Notes under the pieces: model-generated | Seen by the model: the letters and a program-made list of their open reading frames with translations, nothing else | Databases searched by the model: none | What the model was told of the DNA's origin: nothing | Assembly: GCA_024137785.1 (NCBI GenBank) | Contig: JAHRHZ010000166.1 | Location: forward strand, 947,367 to 1,011,366 | Source of the DNA: Ginglymostoma cirratum | Taxonomy: Eukaryota | Reading direction: 5' to 3' | Length of the DNA stretch: 64,000 nucleotides | Shown: piece after piece, positions 51,946 to 64,000 of the stretch | Layout of the letters: each line of letters opens with the position of its first letter | How positions within the stretch are numbered: position 1 is the stretch's first letter | Position numbers and translations under genes: made by a program

Positions 51946-54900
51946 AAGTTTTCCTGCTCCAATGATGCTGCTTGACCTGCTGTGTTCATCCAGCCCCATG
52001 TTTGTTAACAAGAGACAGAGAGTTGTAGTGGAAGGGAGTTTTTCAAAATGGAGATCCGTGACCATTGGTGTTCCACAGGGATCCGTGTTGGGACCCCTGT
52101 TGTTTTTGATATAAATAAACGATCTGGAGGAAGGTATAGATGGTCTGATTAGCAAGTTTGCAGATGACACGAAGATTGGTGCAGTAGCAGATAGTGAAGG
52201 GAACAGTCGGAGAATGCAGCAGAATACGACAGATTGGAGAGTTTGGCAGAGAAATGGCAGATGGATTACAATCGAGGCAAATGCAAGGTAATGCATTTTG
52301 GAAGATCTAATTCAAGAGTGAACTATATACGGTAAATGGAAAAGCCCTGGGGAACTTTGATGCACAAAAAGATCTGGGTGTTCAGTTCCTTTGTACCCTG
52401 TAGGTGGCAACGCAGGTCGGTAGAGTGGTCAAGAAGGCATACGGCATGCTTTCATTCATTGGACGGCGTATTGAGTACAAAAGTTGGCAGGTTATGTTAC
52501 AGTTGTAGGACTTTGGTTCGATCACATTTGGAATAGTGCATACAGTTCTGGTTGCCACATTACCGAAAGGATGTGGATGCTTTGGAGAAGGTGCAGAGGA
52601 GGTTCACCAGTATGTTGCCTGCTATGGAGGGCGCTAGCTATGAAGAGAGGTTGAGTAGATAAGGATTATTTACATTAGAAAGACGGAGATTGATGGGGGA
52701 CCTGACTGAGGTCTACAAAATCATGAGAGGTATAGACAGGGTGGATAGCAAGAAGTTTTTTTTTTCCCAGAGTGGGGGACTCAATTACTAGGGGTCACTA
52801 TTTCAAGGTGAGAGGGGAAAAGTTTCAGGGAGGTATGCATAGAAAGTTCTTTACACAGAGAGAGGTGGGTGCCTGGAACGAGTTGTCAGTGTAGGTGGTA
52901 GAGGCAGGTACGATAGAGTCATTTAAGATGTATTTGGACAGACACATGAATGGGCAGGGAGCAGAGAGATACAGATCCTTGGAAAATAGGTGACAGGTTT
53001 AGATAGAGGATCTGGATTGGCGCAGGCTTGGAGGACCGAACGGCCTGTTCCAGTGCTGTAATTATCTTTATTCTTTGTTCTTTGTCCTAGAATACCAGTG
53101 GCTGTTGCATTACGCAGCATCACAGCTAAAAGGATTGTGGAAGAGTTACTCTTTTCTTTTCTGTAGGCACAGGCTACTCACAGAGATACAATCAGATCAA
53201 GGATCAAATTTTGCATCATAATTATTCAGGGAAGTTATGGATAGCTTAGAAATAAAACAATTCAAATCCATTGAGCAATGTCCAGATTGTCCGGGAATGC
53301 TCGAAAGGCGGCATCAAAATTTAGAGACCATCTTAAGCGCTTATCGTCAAGACTATCCAGATAATTGGGATAAAGAAATTCTGCTTGAACTTTTTGTCTT
53401 TAGGGATGCACCAAATTAATCAACCAAATTCAGTCCATTTGAATTGTTTTTTGTTCTGCACGAGGTGAGAGGACAAATGAAATTAATTCAAGAGAAATTA
53501 GTGAGTCAGAATTCAGAGACAACATGATTGGACTACGTGTATAAATTTCGGGAATGATTAAATATTGTGGGTGAGTTGGTCAGACAGCATTTAAAACTAC
53601 TACAGCACATGATGAAACAGGAATCAGAGAAGCAATCAAACACTCACAATTTTGCTAAATGAGATAAAGTATTAATCTTACTTCCATTTGTAGGTGAACC
53701 TTTAAAAGCAAGCTTTAGTGGGCTGTATCAAATCAAAAGGATATTGAGTGAGATTGTCTATTTAATAAAGACTCCAGATAGAAAGAATTCTGACAGAGTG
53801 TGCAATGTCACGGTGCTCGAATGGTATATTGATAGTAAAAGAAAGAAAAAGGAGATTGTGTTATTGGTTATAACACAGAGTGATGGACCATCCTCAGAGG
53901 ATTTTGAACTTGACCTTCATCAAATTAAGAAGAAAAACAAAGTTGGTGGAAAAGCTCATCAGGTCTGGCAGCATCTGTGGAGGAGAAAACAGAGTTAACG
54001 TTTTGGGTCCAGTGGCCCTTCCTCAGAACTGTGAATGGGGAGATATGTGAGAATGAGCTGAGAAGTACTATTTTAACATTGCATGATGTAGGTATAAGGA
54101 ATGCTGTTCCAATTAAGCGATATCCTTATCAATGTAACCCTCTAATGTTGGCACAAGTTCAAAAAGAGATTGAACGCCTGCTCCAAGACAACGTAATCAA
54201 AGTGAGTTGCAGCGACTGTAGCTCGCCCATAGTAAAGATACCGAAACCAGGTGATAGCCAATGATTACCTGTAGATTTTTGCAAAGTGAATGCAGTTGCA
54301 AAGTCTGGTTCATGACCGACTCCACGTTTGGAAGGCTGTATTGAGAAGTTGGAACAAGCAACTTATATTTCTAAGTTGGAAATATTCAGAGAACTTTGCA
54401 GGTACCTTTATCCAAAAGATTGAAGACCAGTTCGGTTTTTGAAACATTGGATGACCTCTGGCAATCTGAAGACATGCCCTTTGATTTGGGAAGTGAACCA
54501 GCTAATTTCAAAGACTAACCAATTCAGTCATTTCTAGATTACCCAATCGCATTGTCTCCATCGACGACCTGTGATTATTAGTCAGGCGTGGAAGGAACAT
54601 ATGCATCATTTTTTAGAATTATTCAATCAACTTTGGGAAGCAGGTTTGGTGATAAACCTGGCTAAGAGTGAAATCGCCAAAGCCCAAGTCACGTTCCCGG
54701 CTCATGTTATTGGACATGGACAGAATGTGAAAACAAAGGTAATTGGGGAGTTTCCCATACCATCGTTGAAGACAGCAGTACTACGTTTTCTAAGATTGAA
54801 TAGATTTTTTTGGAAATTTGCATCGAATTTTAACAGTGTGTTTTCTCCACTGATTGATGTATTGAAGAAGTACAGGAAATTTCACTGGACGATAGACTGT

Positions 54901-55046
54901 CAGAAGGCATTCGACAGTTTGTGTGAAACAGCGCCCCAGTATTATGCACGCATAATTATGGAAAGTCATTCAAGATGGCTAGCAATGCGACTGATGTTGG
55001 TGTCTGTAGTGTACTCTTACCAGAAGTCGACAAGAAGATAAAAAGA

Positions 55047-57940
55047 TGCGGTTGGAGGAGGGGAGATTTTGAAGCTTGTGAAATCCACATTGATACCATT
55101 GGGCAGCAGGGTTCCCAGGCTGAATATGATTTGCTGTTCCTGCAGCCTTCGGGTGGCATCACTGTGGCATTGCAGGAGGCCCAGGATGGACATGTCGTCT
55201 GAGGAATGGGAGGGGGAGTTGAAATGGTTCGCGACTGGGAGGTGCAGTTGTTTGTTGCGAACTGAGCGCAGGTGTTCTGCAAAGCGGTCCCCAAGCCTCC
55301 GCTTGGTTTCCCCGATGTAGAGGAAGCCACAACGGGTACAGCGGATGCAGTATACCACATTGGCAGATGTGCAGGTGAACATCTGCCTGATGTGGAAAGT
55401 CTTCTTGGGGCCTGGGATTGGGGTGAGGGAGGAGGTGTGAGGGCAGGTGTAGCACTTCCTGCGGTTGCAGGGGAAAAGTGCCGGGTGTGGTGGGGCTGGA
55501 GGGGATTGTGGAGCGCACAAGGGAGTCGTGGAGGGAGTGGTCCCTCCGGAAGGTAGATAAGGGTGGGGAGGGAAAAATGTCTTTGGTGGTGGGGTCTGAT
55601 TGCAGATGGCGGAAGTATCGGACGATGTTGGATCCGGAGGTTGGTGGGGTGGTACGTGAGGACGAGGGGGATTCTTTTTTGGTTATTATTGCGGGGACGG
55701 GGTGTGAGGGATGTGTTACACGAAACACGGGAGACACGGTCGAGGGCATTCTCGACCACTGTTGGGGGGAAGTTGTGATCCTTAAAGAATGAGGACATCT
55801 GAGATGTACGGGAGTGGAATGTCTCATCCTGGGAGCTGATGCGGCGGAGGCGAAGGAATTGGGAATAGGGGATGGCATTTTTGCAGGAAGGTGGGTGGGA
55901 GGAGGTGTATTCCAGATGGCTGTGGGAGTCAGTGGGCTTGAAATGGACATCGGTTTCTAGGTGGTTACCCGAGATGGAGACAGAGAGGTCCAGGAAGAAG
56001 AGAGAAGTGTTGGAGATGGTCCAGGTGAACTTCAGGTTGAGGTGGAAGGTGTTGGTGAAGTGGATGAACTGTTCGAGCTCCTCGTGGGAACACGAAGCAG
56101 CGCCGATGCAGTCATCAATGTAACGGAGGAAGAAGTGGGGTTTAGGGCCAGTGTAGGTACGGAAGACGGATTGTTCCACGTAACCTACAAAGAGGCAGGC
56201 ATTGCTTGGGCCCATGCGGGTACCCATGGCCAATCCCTTTGTCTGTAGGAAGTGGGAGGAATTGAAAGAGAAGTTGTTGAAGGTGAGGACGAGTTCAGCT
56301 AAGTGGATGAGGGTGTCGGTGGAGGGTGATTGGTCAATTCTGCGGGACAGGAAGAAGCGGAGGGCCTTTAGGCCATCTGCATTGGTAATACAGGTGTGTA
56401 GGGACTGGACGTCTATAGTAAAAATGAGGTGTTGGGGACCGGGGAATTGTACGTTCTGGAGGAGGTGGAGGGAGTGGGCGGTGTCACGGACGCAGGTAGG
56501 TAGTTCCTGGACCAAGAGGGTGAAAATGGAGTCTCGGTAGGTGGAGATGAATTCGGTGGGGCAGGAGCAGGCGGAGACAATGGGTCGACCAGGAAATTCA
56601 GGTTTGTGAATTTTGGGCAGGAGAGAGAAGCGGGCGGTACGGGGTTGGGGAACGATTAGGTTGGAGGCGGTGGGTGGGAGGTCACCTGAGGTGATGAGGT
56701 TGTGGATGGTTTGAGAGATGATTGTTTGGTGCTTGGGGGTGGGGTCATGATCTCGGGTGCAGTAGGAGGAAGTGTCAGAGAGTTGGCGCCTGGCTTCAGC
56801 AATGTAGAGGTCAGTGCGCCATACTACGACTGCTCCTCCCTTGTCCACGGGTTTTATGATGAGGTTGGGATTGGAGCGGAGGGCTGCACGTTCTGCGGTG
56901 GAGAGGTTGGAGTGTTTGAGAGAGGCAGAGAGGTTGAGGCGATTGATGTCTCGACGGCAGTTGAAGATAAAGAGGTCGAGGGAGGGTAGGAGACCATGGG
57001 GTGGTGTCCAGGAGGATGGTTTGTGTTGGAGGCGGGAGAAGGGGTCAGTAGAGGGAGGGTTAGATTCGTGGTTGGAGAAATAAGCGTGGAGGCGGAGGCG
57101 GCGGGAAAACTGCTCAATATCCGAGCGTGAGCGGTATTCGTTGATATGTGGGTGGAGGGGGACAAAGGTGAGCCCTTTACCGAGGACAAACCGTTCGTCC
57201 TCAGTAAGGGGGAGATCTGGGGGGATGATGAAGACTCGGCAGGGCTCAGTGTTGCTGTCTCTTCTGGAATTGCCGGCTGTGGAGGCAGTGGGCGGCGTTA
57301 CGTCGGCAGTGGGCGGAGCGTTGTCGGCTTCGTAGGTGGGCGGAGCGGCGTCGGCGGTGGGCAGGGCGGCGGCGGCAGCGGCAGCAGCGATGACGGTATT
57401 GTCATTGGTGTTTGTTTCGGTGATGGAGGCGGTGGTTTCAGCAACGGCGGTGTTCGCTGTCCCGGAAGTGGAGTACTCGGCGGTGGCGGATGTGACGTCA
57501 TCAGTGGGTTGTCCGACGGTGGCCTCGTGGCCAATGGCTGCGGGTACATTGTCGGGGAGGTCCTGGTTAGGGTTGAGGATTTGGGAAGTCGGGGAAGCCT
57601 GTTTTGGGTGGTGGGCATCAATAAGTTTACCGTACTTACGGTTTTTGGTGTACAATAAAGCTGAGTAGAATTGTGAATTCAGGCTGTGTATCCTCCAAAG
57701 AATAAAAAAACAGGAGAGGTCCTTTGCAGGGCTGGGAGAAGGAGGCTCTGAACTGTGGTAATCTTTATTGTCGTGCCTGGAGATGCCTGCGCATTGCTGC
57801 AAGTGTGTGTTTCAGGACTCGCTGGGAGAAGCGCTTCTGGAGGGTCTCAGTGTTCTGAATGTAGATGTTGTCAGGGTTGGGGCCAAATTGGGAAGGCTTG
57901 AATGTGGATTGTAGTCCATTGGGGATGATCTGGTTCCGTA
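55047..57940 (-). mobile_element. Penelope-like element, long RT ORF, inverted relative to its own 3' end
   Basis: ORF 57802-54956 contains DKG, LLPKIHK, GLAMG and YIDD, then frameshifts near 55625. GIY-YIG (VVYCIRCTRCGFLYIGETKRRL) lies in another frame. Confidence 0.95.
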
Positions 57941-58334
57941 ACCAGCCCAGCTCATCTCCACCTCCCTCACCTGTTTTTCCTCTCACCTATCCCATCCTCC
58001 CACCTCAAGCCCCAGCCCCATCTCCTATCTACTAACATCATCCCGCCCCCTTGACCTGTCCGTCCACCCTGGACTGACCTATCTCCTCCCTACCCCCCTA
58101 CCTACACTCACCTTTACTGGTTCCATCCCCATCTCTTTGACTTGTCTGCCTCCTTTCCACCTATCCTCTCCTCTATCCATCATCTATCCGCCTCCCCTTC
58201 TCTCCCTATTTATTTCAGAACCCTCTTCCCCTCCCTCATTTCTGATGAAGGGTCTCGGCCCGAAACGTCAGGTTTTCCTGCTCCTATGATGCTGCTTGAC
58301 CTGCTCTGTTCATCCAGCCCCACGCTTGTTATCT
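57941..58334 (+). mobile_element. PLE 3' tail (pLTR-like), forward orientation
   Basis: Matches 51634-52006; hammerhead core at 58242-58269. Confidence 0.92.
58242..58269 (+). ncRNA. Minimal hammerhead ribozyme motif
   Basis: CUGAUGA-A-GGGU(CUCG)GCCC-GAAAC-GUC; stem I is weak. Confidence 0.55.
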
Positions 58335-58480
58335 AAGATAAAAAGACCTAACTGTTATTACTCGAGGAAATGGAATATTCATAAATAGAAATATTCTACA
58401 AATGAGAAAGATATCTTGAGCTTGGTTTTGGCATTACAAAGTTGCACCATTTATATTGACAGTAATGTGCCTGAGACAAA

Positions 58481-58800
58481 GGGCCGGCACGGTGTCACAG
58501 TGGTTAGCCCTGCTACCTCACAGCACCAGGGACCTGGGTTCAATCCCACCCGCAGATAACTGTCTGTGTGGAGTTTGCACATGCTCCCCATGACTGCGTG
58601 GGTTTCCTCCAGGTACTCCAGTTTCCTCCCACACTCCAAAGATGCCAAGGTTTGGTGGATTGGCCATGCTAAATTGCCTGTAGTGTCCAGGGGTGTGTAG
58701 ATTAAGTGGGTTATAGGGGGATGAGTCTGGTTGGGGTGCTCTGCGGTTTGGTGTGGACTTGTTGGGCTGAAGGGCCTGTTTCCACACTGTAGGAATTCTA
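58481..58800 (+). mobile_element. HE1-like SINE
   Basis: Full tRNA-like head and CR1-like tail. Confidence 0.88.
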
Positions 58801-59298
58801 ATTGTGTGTACTGGTCATAACCAATTAGAGTTTTGGGGAAATTTAATGGCACAATTTCCAGACTGGTTAGATAGATCTTATTTTTGCAGCCAATAGCAGG
58901 ACTGCAGATGCTGGAGAATCTGAATAACAAGGTGTAGAGCTGGATGAACACAGCAGGCCAAGCAGCAGCAGAGGGCCTTCTCCTCTAATGCTGCTTAGCC
59001 TGCTGTGTTCATCCAGCTCTGCACCTTTTTACCTCTTATTTTTGCAGCTATTCAGTTTGACAATCATATGCGTGGCAAGATGAAAAGAAAAATTATAATT
59101 GCTGTCATTTTGTGGCGATTTGGAATGAAGGAGGACGGAGGTGTTCAGTTGCAGGAGTAAACGGCCTCAAGTAGAACATAATAGTGAATGCTTGCATGCT
59201 TACAGTCAATGTAATATGCATGTACTGTAATTTAGTAATAAAATAAGACTCAGGGGTTTTAAATGAAACCATTTTTGTAATTTTCTTTGTGTAGTGGG

Positions 59299-59880
59299 TG
59301 TGACGATGCTGTGATTTAAAAATAAAGGCTTATTTTATCCTGTTTTTTGCAGAGAGGTTGTAAAGTCAGATGCACTAAAGAGTCTAGAGAGGATCAGTTT
59401 AACGATGGAAGGGGAGTGGACAGTTCTCCCAGTTCAGGTTTTCTTTCTTTTTTTTTGCTGTAGTAGTCACAAGCCGTTTCGAGTCGTGGAGGGTTGCATG
59501 CTTCAATAAAAGATTCCTCTAACTTTCTCCGAAATCTGTCTTTTGGACATAGTTCCCTCAAAACTGTGTTTGAATTTACATGTTGGTCAACGGGTCATTT
59601 ATCTTTATGGGACGTTACTACAATGGAACAGTTAATTAATTAAGTTGGTGTATTTGGTCCGTTAGGTTTTCCAGTGGCTGAGTTACTCTAAATTCCAGTT
59701 TCTTTTGTTTTTGTTTCAACTGTTGGGTTTAAATAAATTTGGTTTTGCTTAAAACCGAGTGGTTTGATCGGTTGCATCATGCCTGGAACATGCACTTGAT
59801 ACCTGCATTTAAAATAAGAAAAAAGTTAGGGTCTAGGTTACCTTCTTAAAATATTTTAAGGGTTTCTGGCCTGGTCCATT
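59299..59880 (+). repeat. 3' LTR of Gmr1-type element
   Basis: tgtgacgatgctg start, aataaa, end ...tctggcctggtccat; similar to 5484-6128. Confidence 0.8.
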
Positions 59881-61269
59881 GGAATACCAAGGCACACAAA
59901 CAGAAGTTTCTGAAAAAGTTCAGCAGGTCCGGCAGCATCTACGAAGAAAAAAAAATCAATGTTAACGTTTTAGGTCTGGTTACCCTTCTTCTGAACCAGT
60001 TGTACCAAGGACATGGCAAAACAATATTTTCAAGCTTCCCTGAAATTCAGACAACATTCTGACTTGTATCTATGGTGTCAACACTTCAAAATAATTGGTT
60101 TCACACTCTAAAATTTAGGCTCTGGCAGCACTGAGTATGTTAATACATTCAAAGAACTTTAGGGGTTCTTGAAAGTTGCTCATTACCATTTATTACAAGA
60201 TAATTGAGGAAAAGATAGCTTAATTTCGTTGTATATATGCAAAAAAAAAAGACTTCGAAGCAACATCTACCGGGGAAAAGATGAAAATTTTAGACTTTCG
60301 TAAATTGTTCAAATGATGTCTACTACCTAAACCGGGCAGTTACAGAAAAGAAAGAAACTTCACAATTGATGGAAATGTGACCGATTAAGAGTAATCTACT
60401 ACTGTAAGTGTTTTCATTAGGAAAGAAAAAGAGGCACATTCTCTACAGATATTCTTGTTTTTCCTCTTCTAAATGTAAGGAATCTTGTATCCCAACACCT
60501 CTAACACGAAAATCAAATCATATATACTGTTCATGTGCAAAGCTATTCACATGCTAGGAATTAAAGTAAAACTGAAATAAATATTTCAAGATGTCGGTGA
60601 AAAATGACATTCAATGCATAAAAGTTGGCACTGAAATGATCAATTATGCAACTTTATGCGTCAGACTATTGGCTCTGCATGGCAATTAATTGCCTCTTCC
60701 TTCCTCTTTTACTATGTTTTGTTGACATTTTAATTGCTGGTCTCCATGTTTCTTCATCGACTTCCCTTATTCCAGCAGAATTTTTGCTCATGATTGAATC
60801 TACTCTTCCCTTTTTCCCCATAGACAACTTATTTTAAAAAAAGACAAATTGGATCGGATTGGATTGAATACATGCTAGCTCAGCTATAATGTGTACAACA
60901 AGCCACGAAATCTCTACCATTTCCAGCTTGAAGTCGTTTTCGCCAGTATCCTGGTGTATTCAGGCAATTTATACAACATTGTTAATGGATGCATGTAAAC
61001 TTTCAGAAACATCGGCCAGGCGAGATAAAGTTTCATTCATTTGAGCAATCTCGATCTTTTCCAGTGAACGTCATGCATTTCAGTGTGGAGTGACACATAA
61101 TACAACTTCATTTTAAGTTGAGCTTCAAATTGAGAAAATTCTATCATAAGAAAACTCATACACATATATATGGCATCTCTCTATCTTATTTGCTTCAGTT
61201 TATCACACTTAACAATTTTTACACGTTGAATGATTTAGTGGGTTCTAGTGATTTATTGGCTATACATAG

Positions 61270-62640
61270 GAAAATAAGAACTGGAATTGTCCATTAAAAT
61301 CATTAGCCTGTTCTGCCATTCTATGAGATCATGGTTGATCGTGGCCGAAACCCATTTGTCTGCCTTTGGCCCATATCCTTGAATACCTTTGCAAAAAATA
61401 GTGTGAGATCTAAAATTAACAACTGATTTAGCATCCACTACCGTTTGTGGAAGACATAACTACACCCTTTGGTGTGCAGAAGTGTTTCTTAACATCAATC
61501 CTGAAACATTTGGCTGTAGACCTCCGACAATGTCCCAGAGATCTGGAATCCCGAAAAAAGTTTATCTTTATCTACCCAGTCTTATCGAGTTAATAAATTG
61601 AAGGCTTCGACCAGATCATCCCTTACCCTCTTACATTCTCGAGAATGCACACCTAATTTGTTTAATCTCTCTTTATAACTTTAACCTTGAAGTCTTGGTA
61701 CCACTCTTGCAAATCTACGTTGTCTTCCCTCAAATGTCAATATATCCTCCCTCATGTCGAAGTGGATAACGTCACACTTGCTCGCATTGCACTGCTTGTA
61801 CCACAGTTTTGCTTGTTCACTATGTCTATCAAATTACTGTAATTTTATATTATTTCTGTACCATCTATAATGCGTCTAACTTTGTGCCATCAATAAATTT
61901 GGATATATTGTTTTCTATGTAATTACCAAATCGTTAATAAGTAATGCAAATCATAAAAACCCTAACCCACATCCTTGTGAGACACCACTGTTCACATACT
62001 GTCAAGGTGAATGCGTACCAATTCTGCTTATTTACTGTCACATACGTCTCAGTGAATTTCCCAGCCAGATCATTAATTTGTCCTCAAGGCTATGCACTTT
62101 TAACTTGGCTAAAAGTACTTTTCTAAAAAAAAACTAATAAAAATATTATTAAATATCTTCCTGAAGTCCTTATAAACAATATCCATAGTCATTACACTGA
62201 ACACTACCTCAAACATTTCTTGAAAATTTTCGATGAGGTCTGAGAGTGATACATCAGTTTTGGTCCCATGCTGGCTATTCTGAATAACTGACATTTTTCC
62301 TTTAGTTATCGCATCTCTAATTATAGACTCCAATAATTTGCTCACCACAGATGTTAGGCAAACTAGTCCTTAATTCCTTGTACTTTTTTCTCTTTTCCCT
62401 TCATTATAAGCAGAATAACATGTGCAATTTCCGTTCCAGACAATGACCTGTGCAATTTTTCATTCCAGCTTGATGACTTCTGTATGTAACGAACTCTGAA
62501 AATTATACTACAATGTGATCCGTTAGTTCCTTTTACACCCTTGAATGAAAAATAAGAGAACCTGGAGATTTGTCACTCTTTAATTCCATTAACTTCTTCG
62601 TTACCACCTTTTTACTTAAGTTAGTGTTATTCAGTCTCTG
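61270..62640 (-). mobile_element. Old CR1 LINE
   Basis: VSKLLESIIRD and DIVYKDFRK motifs; CR1 3' UTR near 61270-61500. Confidence 0.7.
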
Positions 62641-63379
62641 TCTGGGATCCATTGTTAATTTCTTCGCGCTGGAGGCTAATCACAAGCTCCATACTTATGC
62701 GAATATCTTTTGCACACTGCGTACTAACATCCAGCATGCACATTTATGGCTGAGCACAAATCAATGCTGTTTCTCATCCTACCATTAGAAGAACTTCAAA
62801 TTATAAGCGATGTCACCTTTTTAACCATTAATTGGAAGTAGTGGAGTGCATTGCTACTTTCATATTCAGCTCGTCTGTTGTTTTAATGCCATCAACAATT
62901 TTAATTGTTTTATGTATGACCCATACGAATTAATCTTCAACTGATTAATTTATATCAATGAGTGATAACAAGAATGAATTGTGCATGCATATCATCCTTT
63001 TGTTCTGGTTCCAGAAACCTAGCCAATAGCCTACTATGTAGTCGTTCCTACTTTCTCCGACTGTCCATTATGTGAAACACTCACACAACTCTTGTAAGTC
63101 CATAAAATATTGCACATAGTCTTTCCCTTCTATCAATATTATTGCTATTGTAGCATTCCTGATCAAGAAGTCACCCACATTTAGGAGCTATTAAATATGC
63201 ATTACAAATCTATGCCCCAAAGTGGATTTACGACCTTCCCATCAAGATCACTGAAAAAGGTAACAAATTTCATATGCCTTCAAGATAACGAAGATTTTTT
63301 TTTTTTAATCAGCCAGTTCAGATGAGCTATGACACACCTCCAGAACAGGTGAGACTAGAATGGCAGTAACAATATTACC

Positions 63380-63890
63380 ACTGTGCCAATAAGCCTTTAC
63401 AAAGTAATTGCATTCTTGATGATTCTGTTGATAACATGAGGGTGGATAGGAGAATAACTTTCAAATGTTGCAAGGAATGCACAAATCGATGTGGTTAGAA
63501 CGGATAAATGAACATAAATTTGACAGATGCAGCATAGTACAAGTAAAAATGGGAACGTGTCCACATTGGTAGGATGTATAGTAAAGCAATTTAATGGAAG
63601 GAGTTTTCAGACTTCAGAGGGATGTCAGTGTACTGGTACATAAATCAATCAAATTTATTCTGAAGGTTCAGCAAGTCGTTGGATAGGCAAATGGATTGTT
63701 GATCTTCACTGCAAGTAGCGTGTTGTCCAAAAGTAGAGACTTTTTTTTGCAGTTTTACAGGCTATGTGTAAAACACATCTAAAGGACTCTGTCCAGATTT
63801 CTTCTCATTATTTATGAAATTATATACCTGAATTGGAGCAATTCAGTGAAGGCTCACTTGACTGATTACTGGGGTAACCTGTTTCTCTGG
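63380..63890 (+). mobile_element. Old CR1 LINE fragment
   Basis: Degenerate post-RT CR1 motifs. Confidence 0.55.
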
Positions 63891-64000
63891 TCATGCCCAT
63901 TTGGTCTGCGTCCACTGAGTAAAGACAATATCATTTCACTTCTTCAGTATATTTGAATGTGGACTTGGGCAAGTAGCTCATTGGTGTTCTCATTATGTTC

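Larger units (their letters stand above)
48843..52006 (+). mobile_element. Penelope-like element, right arm
   Basis: T/A-rich N-terminal repeats, KPADKG, RFYLLPKIHK, RT, GIY-YIG and tail with hammerhead core at 51918-51945. Confidence 0.95.
45380..53085 (+). mobile_element. Young CR1/HER1-like LINE interrupted by a PLE inverted pair
   Basis: Continuous ORF2 homology across 46456|52022; same family as 18133-19815; ttctttg tail. Confidence 0.92.
41240..59880 (+). mobile_element. Gmr1-type Gypsy element split by nested insertions
   Basis: gag/PR 41.2-42.4 kb; INT Zn-finger 45.1-45.4 kb; INT core 53.1-53.5 kb; RT 54.1-54.8 kb; RNase H 54.96-55.04 and 58.35-59.1 kb; 3' LTR 59299-59880. Confidence 0.85.

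Noticed and set aside
54956-57802. 948-aa ORF as an intact host gene or active PLE protein
   Set aside because: PLE RT that frameshifts before the GIY-YIG domain, is 5'-truncated, and runs into Gypsy sequence.

Overview
Repeat-dominated vertebrate genomic DNA, almost certainly from a cartilaginous fish (shark), judged from HE1-like tRNA SINEs, CR1/HER1-like LINEs and a GPR139-like GPCR of the family expanded in sharks. Most of the window is nested retroelements: Gmr1-type Gypsy LTR elements with integrase before RT, CR1 LINEs, a Rex1/Babar LINE, and several Penelope-like (PLE) families carrying minimal hammerhead-ribozyme motifs. Two host genes were reconstructed by hand on the minus strand. 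(1) A non-rearranging antigen-receptor-like gene at 34378-23272: leader, germline-joined VJ exon, C1 exon, TM exon and two cytoplasmic exons with Tyr motifs. All its splice sites are GT-AG and phase-compatible from V onward, but it has an in-frame TAA in the V domain and a probable 1-nt leader frameshift. (2) A two-exon GPR139-like pseudogene at 16724-~10140. At least five PLE insertions contain an internal inversion bounded by one 12-15 bp target-site duplication, including a ~2.35 kb inverted repeat. Family assignments rest on motif recognition, not database searches.
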